64,000 nt of DNA from a virus: positions 1 through 64,000 of IMG/VR virus record IMGVR_UViG_3300032291_002524. The stretch is one strand, 5' to 3'. The notes below the pieces were generated by a model. That model saw nothing but the letters and a program-made list of their open reading frames with translations, was not told where the DNA came from and made no database searches. This document shows, in pieces, positions 41,925-50,833 of this stretch (its first letter is position 1; each line of letters opens with the position of its first letter). Made by a program: the position numbers and the translations under genes.

Positions 41925-42321
41925 GTGTTAAATCTTTTTCCATTTTTAATATTATATCTCTTTCATATAATTTGTCGATTACTTTATCTTCCGAATCACC
42001 ATAATGAAACACCAATCGGATGTCATTCTCATTATAATGTTCATTTTCAATATCTTCCCAAGCCAATGCAATTACATTATCTACCGCATCATAAAAAGAA
42101 AAAAAATCAGAGTTTTGAATAACATTAAGTTTTATTTTATCATTTTTCAAAACTCCAACTTTCGAAATGTAATCTATATGTGGTGGTTGGGGGTTTCCTC
42201 CGGCAGGGAATGAATCCCATCCTTCGGCATCTATATTTGTTTCATTAGAAAAAATAAATTCATAAAGGTTATCACCTTTAAAATTAGGTCCTAATTCATT
42301 AACAAATACTAATCGACTCAT
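41917..42321 (-). CDS. Hypothetical protein
   Basis: 134-aa ORF overlapping both neighbours. Confidence 0.65.
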   Translation of the reverse strand: MSRLVFVNELGPNFKGDNLYEFIFSNETNIDAEGWDSFPAGGNPQPPHIDYISKVGVLKNDKIKLNVIQNSDFFSFYDAVDNVIALAWEDIENEHYNENDIRLVFHYGDSEDKVIDKLYERDIILKMEKDLTHA

Positions 42322-43544
42322 AAAATTTCGCCTCTTGGAGATACTTTAATTTGTTTTCCTTCTGATTCAAATATTAAATTTTTCAAATTAGTTTTACCCA
42401 AAAATTTAATATTTTGATTTTCACTTAAAATAAATTCAGATGTTAATTCTTGTTCGATAGTTTCTGATAAATTTTTAATTTCATCTAAAACACCAACTTT
42501 ATTTATTTTCTTTTTAATAAAGTTATTAACTTTTTTAGTTTCAATTTGTTTTTGTTCTTCTTCAGTTATTACGAAGTACTTAGATAATACTTTATCAACT
42601 TTAGATTCATTAAACATTTCATCCATTACTCTATGTAAAGGGTTCGCAGCTTCACCGACTTCAGGTTCAACACTAATTTCATCGGAACCCATCTCATCAC
42701 CCAAATCCATTGGCGGATTAGAATCTGACGGTGTCATAGCAATATCTAAATCGTAATTTGAATCATCTTCATCACCTTCAAATTTAGACATAATATCTTC
42801 AACATCTTCATCAGTTAAACTTGATAAATCAAGTGCTGACAATATCGAATTAATGACATATTTAATATCTTCAGATGTCATTTCTTCTTTTTCACTATAA
42901 CTTCTAATTTTTTGACCTAACTTCCCGGTTATCTTTTGAATCGTTTTAAATGTAGTAACATCATCACCATTTTCATCAGACCCCGCATCAACATTAGTAT
43001 CATCCATAGACGGCTCATCAATTGATAAATCGTCCATACCCATATCGTCACCCATGTCCATATCTGAATCCATTTCAGGTTCAGAAACTTCAGGTGATGG
43101 TGTCATTTCAGGTTCAGAAACTTCAGGTGATGGTGTCATTTCAGGTTCCATCTGTGGTGCTGATTGTTTAGGAAGTCTTAAAACTTTTTTTTGTTCACCA
43201 AACATTTCAGTTCCCGATTCATTTTCATTCAATCTGTTCAGTTCACCAGCAATTAAATTTAATTTCTTTAATGCTTGTGAATATGATGAATGATATTTTC
43301 TATTTTTCATAGGTTCTGAATAATCTAACGAAGACTCATCAAGACCTTTCTTAATTATATATCCTTGTCTTTCTTTAACAATTCCATATGTATAACCATC
43401 AACTAAAACACGTGAATAGTTTAAAGTTTGATTTTCGTTTATTTCCTTATGAGGTTTTTCACCATATGTTGCAATTTCCATAATACGGGAAATTTTATCG
43501 ATTCCTTGAAGTTTTTCACTTCCTATTGGTTTTAAATCTGCCAT
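42318..43544 (-). CDS. Hypothetical acidic protein (candidate head-associated)
   Basis: 408 aa with acidic low-complexity linkers and an 11-aa repeat. Confidence 0.65.
   Translation of the reverse strand: MADLKPIGSEKLQGIDKISRIMEIATYGEKPHKEINENQTLNYSRVLVDGYTYGIVKERQGYIIKKGLDESSLDYSEPMKNRKYHSSYSQALKKLNLIAGELNRLNENESGTEMFGEQKKVLRLPKQSAPQMEPEMTPSPEVSEPEMTPSPEVSEPEMDSDMDMGDDMGMDDLSIDEPSMDDTNVDAGSDENGDDVTTFKTIQKITGKLGQKIRSYSEKEEMTSEDIKYVINSILSALDLSSLTDEDVEDIMSKFEGDEDDSNYDLDIAMTPSDSNPPMDLGDEMGSDEISVEPEVGEAANPLHRVMDEMFNESKVDKVLSKYFVITEEEQKQIETKKVNNFIKKKINKVGVLDEIKNLSETIEQELTSEFILSENQNIKFLGKTNLKNLIFESEGKQIKVSPRGEIL
43071..43148. repeat. 33-bp tandem coding repeat (about 2.4 copies)
   Basis: CATTTCAGGTTCAGAAACTTCAGGTGATGGTGT twice plus a partial copy; encodes EPEMTPSPEVS. 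Confidence 0.9.
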
Positions 43545-43568
43545 TATCTATATATATATTTTTCTAGT

Positions 43569-43757
43569 TTAAGAATTTAATCCGTTAAATCCGCCAATTG
43601 CAACTGACATACATTGAAGTGAGACTTGATTATCACTGTCAGTCCACACAGGTTTAGGCGTGTTAAACGTAACCACAGAACCTGGTGTTGTCCCAGAACC
43701 TTCAACAATCCCTCTCAATACGTAGGTATAATTGGATGTACATGCCGTTGTTGCCAT
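43569..43757 (-). CDS. Small hypothetical (possibly virion) protein
   Basis: 62-aa Thr/Gly/Ser-rich ORF preceded by TATTTAT. Confidence 0.6.
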   Translation of the reverse strand: MATTACTSNYTYVLRGIVEGSGTTPGSVVTFNTPKPVWTDSDNQVSLQCMSVAIGGFNGLNS

Positions 43758-43759
43758 AA

Positions 43760-44563
43760 TTATTTTTTCTTTATAAATATATTATTTTGTTTATAAAGTT
43801 CATTTTCTTTTAATGATAATTTCTTATCTATAATGTTATTTTCCAATTTTTGCAATTTTTCCAAATATCCATTTCTTCTTAAAACTTTATATACCAAGTT
43901 TTCATAAGAATATTCACCACCATTGTTTAATCCTGACGTTCTATAATTTCTTAATTTTTCTTTATGTTTGTTAATAACATCTTTTGCAACATCGATTTCT
44001 TCATCTTCAAGATTTCTTACCAATTCATCAATGATTGACATCCAATTTTCAGTCTTTTCTTTAAGTTTTTTATTATCTATTACGACTTCTTCTTTTTTGG
44101 GTTTTTCAATCCATTCATCATTCATTACCGAATAAACGCCTGTGGAAAAATGAGGTTCAGTTGCGTTCTGAACATATAGTTCAACATCAAAACCTTTTAT
44201 TTTAATGTCATGCATTAAATTGAAATAATTTTTCTTTAACCTAAAAAGGTCTTCATAAAGGTCTTTGTTTTCATCATAATTGTCAAAATCACTAATAATG
44301 TGTAAATCAACATCTGAAAACTCTGACCAATTATAATTTGAAAGGGAACCCGTCATAATAATATCTTCAATAAAGATATCAACATTAAGAAACTCGATAA
44401 ATTCTATCGCTATTTCTATTAACCTTTCACGAATTTCGGGTTTCATTTTTTCGCTCTGAGCGTCAGAATCACCCGTAAATTTTCCATTTGGCGTATACCA
44501 AATATCTGGACATAAATTATCCTGTACTTTAAAACTTTGTGCTATTGTTTTGAAATCACTCAC
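43760..44563 (-). CDS. Pol-beta-superfamily nucleotidyltransferase
   Basis: hG[S] plus DxD motif (TGSLSNYNWSEFSDVDLH), VELYVQ; GTG start. Confidence 0.75.
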   Translation of the reverse strand: MSDFKTIAQSFKVQDNLCPDIWYTPNGKFTGDSDAQSEKMKPEIRERLIEIAIEFIEFLNVDIFIEDIIMTGSLSNYNWSEFSDVDLHIISDFDNYDENKDLYEDLFRLKKNYFNLMHDIKIKGFDVELYVQNATEPHFSTGVYSVMNDEWIEKPKKEEVVIDNKKLKEKTENWMSIIDELVRNLEDEEIDVAKDVINKHKEKLRNYRTSGLNNGGEYSYENLVYKVLRRNGYLEKLQKLENNIIDKKLSLKENELYKQNNIFIKKK

Positions 44564-44583
44564 AAATATAAATACATCAAATA

Positions 44584-44826
44584 TTATAATTTTCTAAATT
44601 CATAATTTTTACTAATCTCATTTGTAAAAAATTTACCTTGGGATTCCGATAATCTGAATTGGGCATAAACTTTATGTGGAACATTTTTATATTCATATTG
44701 TAACCCGTTGTTAAAGGTTACTGTCATGATTTGTGTTGAAACATTGTAGGTACTTTCCTTAATGTTTGATGACTTAATGATATTATAAATCATATCGCCT
44801 TTGATTTCTTCTTTAATAATACTCAT
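44584..44826 (-). CDS. KTSC-domain protein
   Basis: SSNI....YN......V.F.NG..Y.Y..VP..VY......S.GKFF...I...Y. Confidence 0.85.
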   Translation of the reverse strand: MSIIKEEIKGDMIYNIIKSSNIKESTYNVSTQIMTVTFNNGLQYEYKNVPHKVYAQFRLSESQGKFFTNEISKNYEFRKL

Positions 44827-44857
44827 GTCAATAAATATAGAATCAATTTAAAATAAG

Positions 44858-44883
44858 AAACCCCTTCTTTTGAAAGGGGTTTT
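44858..44883. terminator. Intrinsic terminator
   Basis: AAACCCCTT...AAGGGGTTT hairpin after the 44890-45348 stop. Confidence 0.7.
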
Positions 44884-44889
44884 TCATTG

Positions 44890-45348
44890 TTATTCGTATT
44901 TTTTAAGTTCGTCCCTAACCTTAATGGCTTCTTCGAATTCTTGTTTTTCAATATGAGATTTTAATTTTTCTTGTAATTCATTAATTAAACCTTCATTTTC
45001 TTCAAGGTCTTTAATTGTATCACGAAGTTTAATCGCCAATAGAAAATCTTCATTCTTAACCGCAATATCCAATTCTTTCTTTAAAGATTCGATTTTTGAT
45101 GTTGGTTTGTTTTCTTTTCTTTTATCACTACCATCATATGTTTTTATATAAGTTGTGATTTTATAAAAACCATCTTTTGATGTGTATGTTTGTTTGGTCC
45201 AATCCCCATTAGAATCTGAACCATTTTCGGTTTTTGTTTCACCTTTAAAAGTTAATGGTGAATCATAACCACCAATCATTTCATTTAATTCATCCATAAG
45301 TTCTTTTAAACTTTTACTGTTTCTTCCAAATAAATCGAACATATTCAT
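44890..45348 (-). CDS. Protein with two C-terminal UVR (UvrB/UvrC-type) coiled-coil motifs; candidate ClpC adaptor
   Basis: LKKELDIAVKNEDFLLAIKLRDTI and LQEKLKSHIEKQEFEEAIKVRDEL. Confidence 0.75.
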   Translation of the reverse strand: MNMFDLFGRNSKSLKELMDELNEMIGGYDSPLTFKGETKTENGSDSNGDWTKQTYTSKDGFYKITTYIKTYDGSDKRKENKPTSKIESLKKELDIAVKNEDFLLAIKLRDTIKDLEENEGLINELQEKLKSHIEKQEFEEAIKVRDELKKYE

Positions 45349-45385
45349 AATATTATTATTTTTGTTTATATTTTTTTTTCAGGTT

Positions 45386-45468
45386 TACTAAAACCGTGCC
45401 AAAAGATTTTTGTATGGAAAAAATGACATAATGTCGTATTATCATTATTTTATACTGACATATTGTCA
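45386..45468 (-). promoter_or_regulatory. Sigma54-like -24 box with two upstream TGACA-N3-TGTC(A/G) palindromes
   Basis: Minus strand TTGGCACG-GTTT-TAGT (imperfect -12). Palindromes at 45424-45436 and 45456-45468. Confidence 0.5.
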
Positions 45469-45492
45469 TGTTGATTATCTAAAAATTAATTT

Positions 45493-45500
45493 TATATTTG
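45493..45500 (+). promoter_or_regulatory. Bacteroidota sigma-A -7 element upstream of clpC
   Basis: TATATTTG with TTG 19 nt upstream. Confidence 0.55.
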
Positions 45501-45506
45501 TGGTGT

Positions 45507-47567
45507 ATGATAGATTTTGACGATAATCAAGAAGCAGGAAAGAAGAAAACTTCCAAATCAGAAAATACGGGAAGTTCAACCCCCGTTTTAGATAATTTTT
45601 CTCGTGATTTAATTAAATTGGCATCCGAAGGTAAATTAGACCCCGTTATTGGTCGAGATATTGAAATTAATAGACTTGCCCAAATTATATCAAGGAGAAA
45701 GAAAAATAACCCAATATTAATCGGTGAGCCCGGTTGTGGAAAAACAGCTGTGGTTGAAGGATTGGCCATCAAAATTTTTGAAGGTAATTGCCCTCAAAAT
45801 TTGTTAGATAAACGAATTGTTAGTTTGGATATGACATCAATCGTTGCAGGTACCAAATATCGTGGTCAATTTGAAGAACGTTTAAAAGTTATTTTAGATG
45901 AACTTCGAGATAATCATGAAACCATTGTGTTTATTGATGAAATTCACACAATTATAGGTGCGGGTAATTCTTCGGGGTCACTTGACGCATCCAACATCTT
46001 TAAACCTGCACTTGCACGTGGAGAACTCCAATGTATCGGAGCAACAACCTTGGACGAATATCGGGAACATATTGAAAAGGACGGAGCATTGGAAAGACGG
46101 TTCCAAAAGGTTTTAGTTGAACCATCTTCAATTGAAGATACAATCACAATCCTAATGAGAGCCAAGGAAAACTATGAAAAACACCATAAAGTTTTCTTCA
46201 GTGAAGAATCAATTAAAGCATGTGTTCATTTGGCCGATAGGTATATAACTGACCGAAGTTTTCCTGATAAAGCAATTGATATCATGGATGAAGTCGGAGC
46301 TCGTAGTCAAATCGCTGTTAAATTACCGGAAGTTATTGAACAGTTAAAAGAAGAAGCTGAAAAAATAAAACAGAGTAAGTTAGATGTTGTTAGAAATCAG
46401 AGATTTGAGGAAGCCGCAGAACTTCGTGACCGTGAACGAAAAGTGTTAAAACAATTACAAGAAGAAAAAGAAAAGTTTGAAAATGACCGTTTAACAAATA
46501 AAAAACTTGTCGATGAGAACATGGTGTATGAAGTGGTTGCATCAATGACAAAGATACCAATCACCAAATTGACACAGTCAGAATCAGAATCACTACTTCA
46601 ATTAGAACAAAATTTACAAAATTCAGTTATTGGTCAAGATGATGCTGTTAGTAAAATTGCAAAGGCAATCCGACGAAATCGTGTTGGGATTAAAGAACCT
46701 AACAAACCAATTGGTTCATTTATTTTTCTTGGGTCCACAGGTATTGGTAAAACCCATTTGGCTAAACAATTAGCAAAAGAAGTTTTTGGTGATTCGGACG
46801 CATTAATTCGAATGGATATGTCAGAATATCAAGAAAAATTTACAATGTCTCGTTTGATTGGTTCACCTCCGGGTTATGTTGGATTTAATGAAGGAGGTCA
46901 ATTGACTGAACAGGTTAGAAATAAACCATATTCGGTAATATTATTTGACGAAATCGAAAAGGCCCATAAAGATATCTTCACTTTATTGTTACAAACAATG
47001 GACGAAGGGTTCTTAACCGATAGTAATGGTAGAAAAATTAATTTCAAAAATACCGTTATTATTATGACATCTAACATTGGTGCTAGAAAAGTTCAAGAAT
47101 TCGGTGCTGGTGTTGGTTTTGGCACAAGTGCTAAAATGGATAAAGAACTTGAAATAAAGAAAATGGCAGTAGAGGATGAACTGAAGAAGTTTTTCCCACC
47201 TGAATTTATAAATCGTGTTGATGATATTGTATTCTTTAATTCATTAAAAGAAGATGAAGTGAATCAGATTGTTAAAATTGAATTATCAAAATTAACCAAC
47301 AGACTTTCATCTATGAACTATAAAATCGAAATAGGTGACGAAATGTTGAAACATATTTGTGAAATTGGTTTCGATGAAAAGTTTGGGGCCAGACCTATTA
47401 AAAGAGCAATTCAAAGTCAAATTGAAGACTTTATTTCCGATGAAATATTAAAAGGTAATTTAATCACTGATATTGAATATACTGTGGATTATATAGATGG
47501 TTCACCTTTATTAATAACCAAAGATTCAAAACCGAAACGAGTAAAGAAAAAGAAAGAAACTGAATAA
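45507..47567 (+). CDS. clpC: ClpC-like AAA+ unfoldase lacking the N-terminal Clp-repeat domain
   Basis: GEPGCGKT/IDEIH and GSTGIGKT/LFDEIEKAH, UVR M-domain FEEAAELRD, ClpP-docking VGF loop. Only about 25 aa precede LDNFSRDL. Confidence 0.92.
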   Translation: MIDFDDNQEAGKKKTSKSENTGSSTPVLDNFSRDLIKLASEGKLDPVIGRDIEINRLAQIISRRKKNNPILIGEPGCGKTAVVEGLAIKIFEGNCPQNLLDKRIVSLDMTSIVAGTKYRGQFEERLKVILDELRDNHETIVFIDEIHTIIGAGNSSGSLDASNIFKPALARGELQCIGATTLDEYREHIEKDGALERRFQKVLVEPSSIEDTITILMRAKENYEKHHKVFFSEESIKACVHLADRYITDRSFPDKAIDIMDEVGARSQIAVKLPEVIEQLKEEAEKIKQSKLDVVRNQRFEEAAELRDRERKVLKQLQEEKEKFENDRLTNKKLVDENMVYEVVASMTKIPITKLTQSESESLLQLEQNLQNSVIGQDDAVSKIAKAIRRNRVGIKEPNKPIGSFIFLGSTGIGKTHLAKQLAKEVFGDSDALIRMDMSEYQEKFTMSRLIGSPPGYVGFNEGGQLTEQVRNKPYSVILFDEIEKAHKDIFTLLLQTMDEGFLTDSNGRKINFKNTVIIMTSNIGARKVQEFGAGVGFGTSAKMDKELEIKKMAVEDELKKFFPPEFINRVDDIVFFNSLKEDEVNQIVKIELSKLTNRLSSMNYKIEIGDEMLKHICEIGFDEKFGARPIKRAIQSQIEDFISDEILKGNLITDIEYTVDYIDGSPLLITKDSKPKRVKKKKETE

Positions 47568-47663
47568 AAAAAGGGGGTTGAAAAACCCCCTTTTTTTATT
47601 CTTAATATTAAACTTTTTGATAAAAATACCGCACAAAAAAAAGGGTCGTAATCGACCCTTTTT
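47566..47663. terminator. Two intrinsic terminators between convergent genes
   Basis: AAGGGGGTT-gaaa-AACCCCCTTTTTTT and AAAGGGTCG-taat-CGACCCTTT. Confidence 0.85.
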
Positions 47664-47665
47664 AT

Positions 47666-48487
47666 TTAACTAAATAACATCCACCGTTCCATTTTTGGTT
47701 GATGGTCGTATTTAACATTACCCAAAGATTCAATCATTTTTTTACCCATTTCAATCGAGTTAAATAAATCTTCAATTACCACATATTCATTCGGTGTGTG
47801 ATAATCATAATACCCACAAGATACATTAATACATGAAATGTTAAATTTACCTGTAATCTGAGATACATCGGTATAAGGATGTTTCATCAATTCATGTTTA
47901 GGTCCCATGTATTGTTCTAATAATGGACCAACTTTTTCGAAAAATTCAGAATCACGGTCAAATAACTTAACCCCCCAACAATATTCAGTAACCATCCAAG
48001 ATTCGGGTGCGTCGTATTGAATTGCATATCCAACATTCGAAAAGAATTCAGGGTCTGCTTTTCTTGAACCGTGACAACCTGTTTCTTCCGCTACGAAAAA
48101 TGCGACTTTTAAAACATCTAATTGTTCTAAAAGGTCTAAACCTGCGTAAACACCACATTTATCGTCACCACCAATACCAACTGGTCTTCCTGTATATTTG
48201 TGATATGCTTTAAATGAAGGTTTTTCAACACCATATACATTTGGTAACATTTCTTCTCTAACAACCATATCGGTTATTGAGTGTACAGTATCTGTGTGAG
48301 CAATAACACATGGGTACCACTCAGCAGTACCTTTGGTTACATAAATGTTTCCATTTTCTTGAACTTTGTAATCGTAATTTTTTGATTGCAAGTACTCAAC
48401 CAAGTATTGAATCATCAAATCTTCTTGATAAGTTTTTGTAGGTATGGATAATACCTCTTTCAGGTGGGCAATTTTTTCTTCTGTCAT
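47666..48487 (-). CDS. M20/M28-like zinc metallopeptidase
   Basis: AHTDTVH, GGDDKCG, EETGCHGS, YTDV, GYYDYHT..E. Confidence 0.85.
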   Translation of the reverse strand: MTEEKIAHLKEVLSIPTKTYQEDLMIQYLVEYLQSKNYDYKVQENGNIYVTKGTAEWYPCVIAHTDTVHSITDMVVREEMLPNVYGVEKPSFKAYHKYTGRPVGIGGDDKCGVYAGLDLLEQLDVLKVAFFVAEETGCHGSRKADPEFFSNVGYAIQYDAPESWMVTEYCWGVKLFDRDSEFFEKVGPLLEQYMGPKHELMKHPYTDVSQITGKFNISCINVSCGYYDYHTPNEYVVIEDLFNSIEMGKKMIESLGNVKYDHQPKMERWMLFS

Positions 48488-48494
48488 TTATCCA

Positions 48495-48526
48495 CAAATA
48501 TACGACAAAATTACAACTTATCAAAA
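48495..48526 (-). promoter_or_regulatory. Bacteroidota-type sigma-A promoter for the peptidase gene
   Basis: Minus strand TTTG, about 19-20 nt, then TATATTTG shortly before the ATG. Confidence 0.55.
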
Positions 48527-50674
48527 TAATTTATAGTTTCTCATTAAAGATTCCAACTGTTCCAAAGATAATGAATATCTTTTTTTAGTATAAGAACCTG
48601 ATGATGACATTTCAATAATCACATCATTGTCAGGTTCAACACTTACAACAGACATGTATGTACCTGGCATTGTTTTAACTTCTTTTTTAACATTAAATCC
48701 AAAATTCTTAATTACGTAATCAATTGTCTCTTTATATTGGTCTATATTATCAAATATACCATCTTCATCATCAACTAAAGACTCATAAAATTCTTTTAAA
48801 TAATATGTTGACTCTTTATGCCAAGATTCAATGAATTTAGTATCATCTCTATGTTCCCAATAATTTTCAGTAACATCGGTAGGACCATAATCTTCAACTT
48901 TTATTGCCAATAATTTACGTACTGAATAATTTGGGTCTTTACCATCTATTTTTTTATCTTCATAGAGTTTTAAAATATTATCGACCGTACTTACATAGTG
49001 TCTATATAGTTTCACTTTATTAACACCAAACGCAGACATTACATCACCGTATTCTGTATTAATTGCATCTTTAACACCGGATTGAAATCCTATTTCCATT
49101 GAATATGTGTATTCATCAACTAATCGACTATATAATTTTTCATTTGATGATAATAAATTTGCAACTTCTGAATAATATTTTGTTGAATCTTTATCTGATT
49201 TAGTTGAAAAAAGTTTTGGGTCCAATAATTTTACGATGTTATCCAAAATATCATTACCCTCATCACTTAAATACTCAAGAGCGTATCCTGCATCAAAATC
49301 TTGTTCAGCAGTGTAACTATCAAAAAACTCATAATCACTACCATAATGACCAATTATACTTTGTATTACCGATATCGAATGTGAGTAAATTGAATATTTA
49401 AGAATGCTTTCTAAATAATCATTACTTGATTCAAAAAATATGTGTAAATCATTACCATCAATTTCCAAATTTTCATCATACGCAAAGGCCTCATCCGCAC
49501 TAATTTTTCCCGATTTAAAATTCAATAAAGTCTTATAATCGTTTGTGTTTATATTTAAAACATTAGAAATGATATCATCCATTCCTGGCATATTTGAATA
49601 TAACGTATCAAAATTACTTCTATTGTCTTGTTGGTCCCAAACCTCAATAGACTTTATCGACCCACGTTCATTTTTATTTACAGGTATCCTTAGGGCAAAT
49701 TTTGAATATTTGTCATCTCTTCCTTTTTTATTGATAACATAATAAAATTTAGAATTAGAGGTATAATCGTCAAAATATCTCGATGAATCCTTAGACGCGA
49801 CACACCATTTGGTTTCACGACCATAGACACATGACGCATTATGTGTTAATGGTTGAACTATTAAATAATTTGAATCTTCATATATTTTTTTAGATTCTTT
49901 CTTTGCATTTTTTATTTGTTCTCTTGTTGCCGTAAATTGTTTTAAGTGGTTGTAAAATTCTCTAAGAGATTGTATATCAGGATACGAATTAATGTCTTTT
50001 GGGGCTTTGCCAATTTTATCCCAAATATTTCCATAATTTGTTAAATCACCATTTTTAATTCGATTATTCCAATCATCAATTGAATACTGGTTGGTTTTAT
50101 TTTCGATAAAATCCATATATTCCGATACTCGCCTTAATGTTGTATCCAATCCTACGGGTGCTGGCTTGTTTCTTTCATCTTTTATTCGTTTAAAAAACCA
50201 AGGAATGTATTTTTTGTTATTTGATAAATCGGCAGCCCAAAGAGCATCAAAGAAAGATTTCTTAACCAATTCATCATCCCTTTCTTCCCAATCGATAGGT
50301 AATTCCAAATATTTTTGAAAAAAGTCGGACCGTTTATCTTCTCTAATTAAACCTTCAAATAGATTACTTAAATCTTCATCAGGACCATTTAGTATTACGT
50401 CGATATAATGTGATGTTTCAGAAATATCATCATTAATATCACCAATAAACTCTGTTTTATCACCATATTCGACGTAATATTTTCCGTCATTATCAATTAT
50501 TAGTGTAAATATATCATCGCCCTCAATAACATATTGTTCAGTACCAAGTGAATATATACCATCATAAACACAAGTTATATTTTTAGGTATAAAATCAAAA
50601 TATTCAAGAATATCTAAAACTCTATCTAAATGTGAAAAATATGATTGGTCCTGTCCGTAATAAGTAATTTCCAT
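48521..50674 (-). CDS. Large hypothetical protein containing an ASCxYGxxTKWC domain
   Basis: 717 aa; IYEDSNYLIVQPLTHNASCVYGRETKWC...F..Y. Confidence 0.7.
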   Translation of the reverse strand: MEITYYGQDQSYFSHLDRVLDILEYFDFIPKNITCVYDGIYSLGTEQYVIEGDDIFTLIIDNDGKYYVEYGDKTEFIGDINDDISETSHYIDVILNGPDEDLSNLFEGLIREDKRSDFFQKYLELPIDWEERDDELVKKSFFDALWAADLSNNKKYIPWFFKRIKDERNKPAPVGLDTTLRRVSEYMDFIENKTNQYSIDDWNNRIKNGDLTNYGNIWDKIGKAPKDINSYPDIQSLREFYNHLKQFTATREQIKNAKKESKKIYEDSNYLIVQPLTHNASCVYGRETKWCVASKDSSRYFDDYTSNSKFYYVINKKGRDDKYSKFALRIPVNKNERGSIKSIEVWDQQDNRSNFDTLYSNMPGMDDIISNVLNINTNDYKTLLNFKSGKISADEAFAYDENLEIDGNDLHIFFESSNDYLESILKYSIYSHSISVIQSIIGHYGSDYEFFDSYTAEQDFDAGYALEYLSDEGNDILDNIVKLLDPKLFSTKSDKDSTKYYSEVANLLSSNEKLYSRLVDEYTYSMEIGFQSGVKDAINTEYGDVMSAFGVNKVKLYRHYVSTVDNILKLYEDKKIDGKDPNYSVRKLLAIKVEDYGPTDVTENYWEHRDDTKFIESWHKESTYYLKEFYESLVDDEDGIFDNIDQYKETIDYVIKNFGFNVKKEVKTMPGTYMSVVSVEPDNDVIIEMSSSGSYTKKRYSLSLEQLESLMRNYKLF

Positions 50675-50693
50675 ATATAAATAAATACTTGTA

Positions 50694-50725
50694 TTTGGAA
50701 GTTTAATAAAGTATTTATATATTTG
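50694..50725 (+). promoter_or_regulatory. Bacteroidota sigma-A promoter driving the ncRNA-tmRNA-ribozyme transcript
   Basis: TTTG (50694-50697), N20, TATATTTG (50718-50725). Confidence 0.7.
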
Positions 50726-50730
50726 TATAA

Positions 50731-50814
50731 GAAATCACGGGTGGCTCCCTTAATAGTTAAGGCTGACCTTAAGCATCTGACGTTATGTCTATACAGGGGG
50801 CGAAAGTGATTTTC
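50731..50814 (+). ncRNA. Unassigned structured RNA upstream of the tmRNA
   Basis: Nested helices AAATCAC/GTGATTT, GCTCCCT/AGGGGGC, TTAAGG-ctga-CCTTAA; GC-rich relative to its flanks. Confidence 0.5.
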
Positions 50815-50833
50815 ATAAGTTCTTTGAAAATAT

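Noticed and set aside
50731-50814. Hammerhead or twister ribozyme processing the tmRNA 5' end
   Set aside because: CTGA and GAAA are present, but not in the CUGANGA/GAAA three-stem arrangement, and twister pseudoknot motifs were not found. It is kept only as an unassigned RNA.
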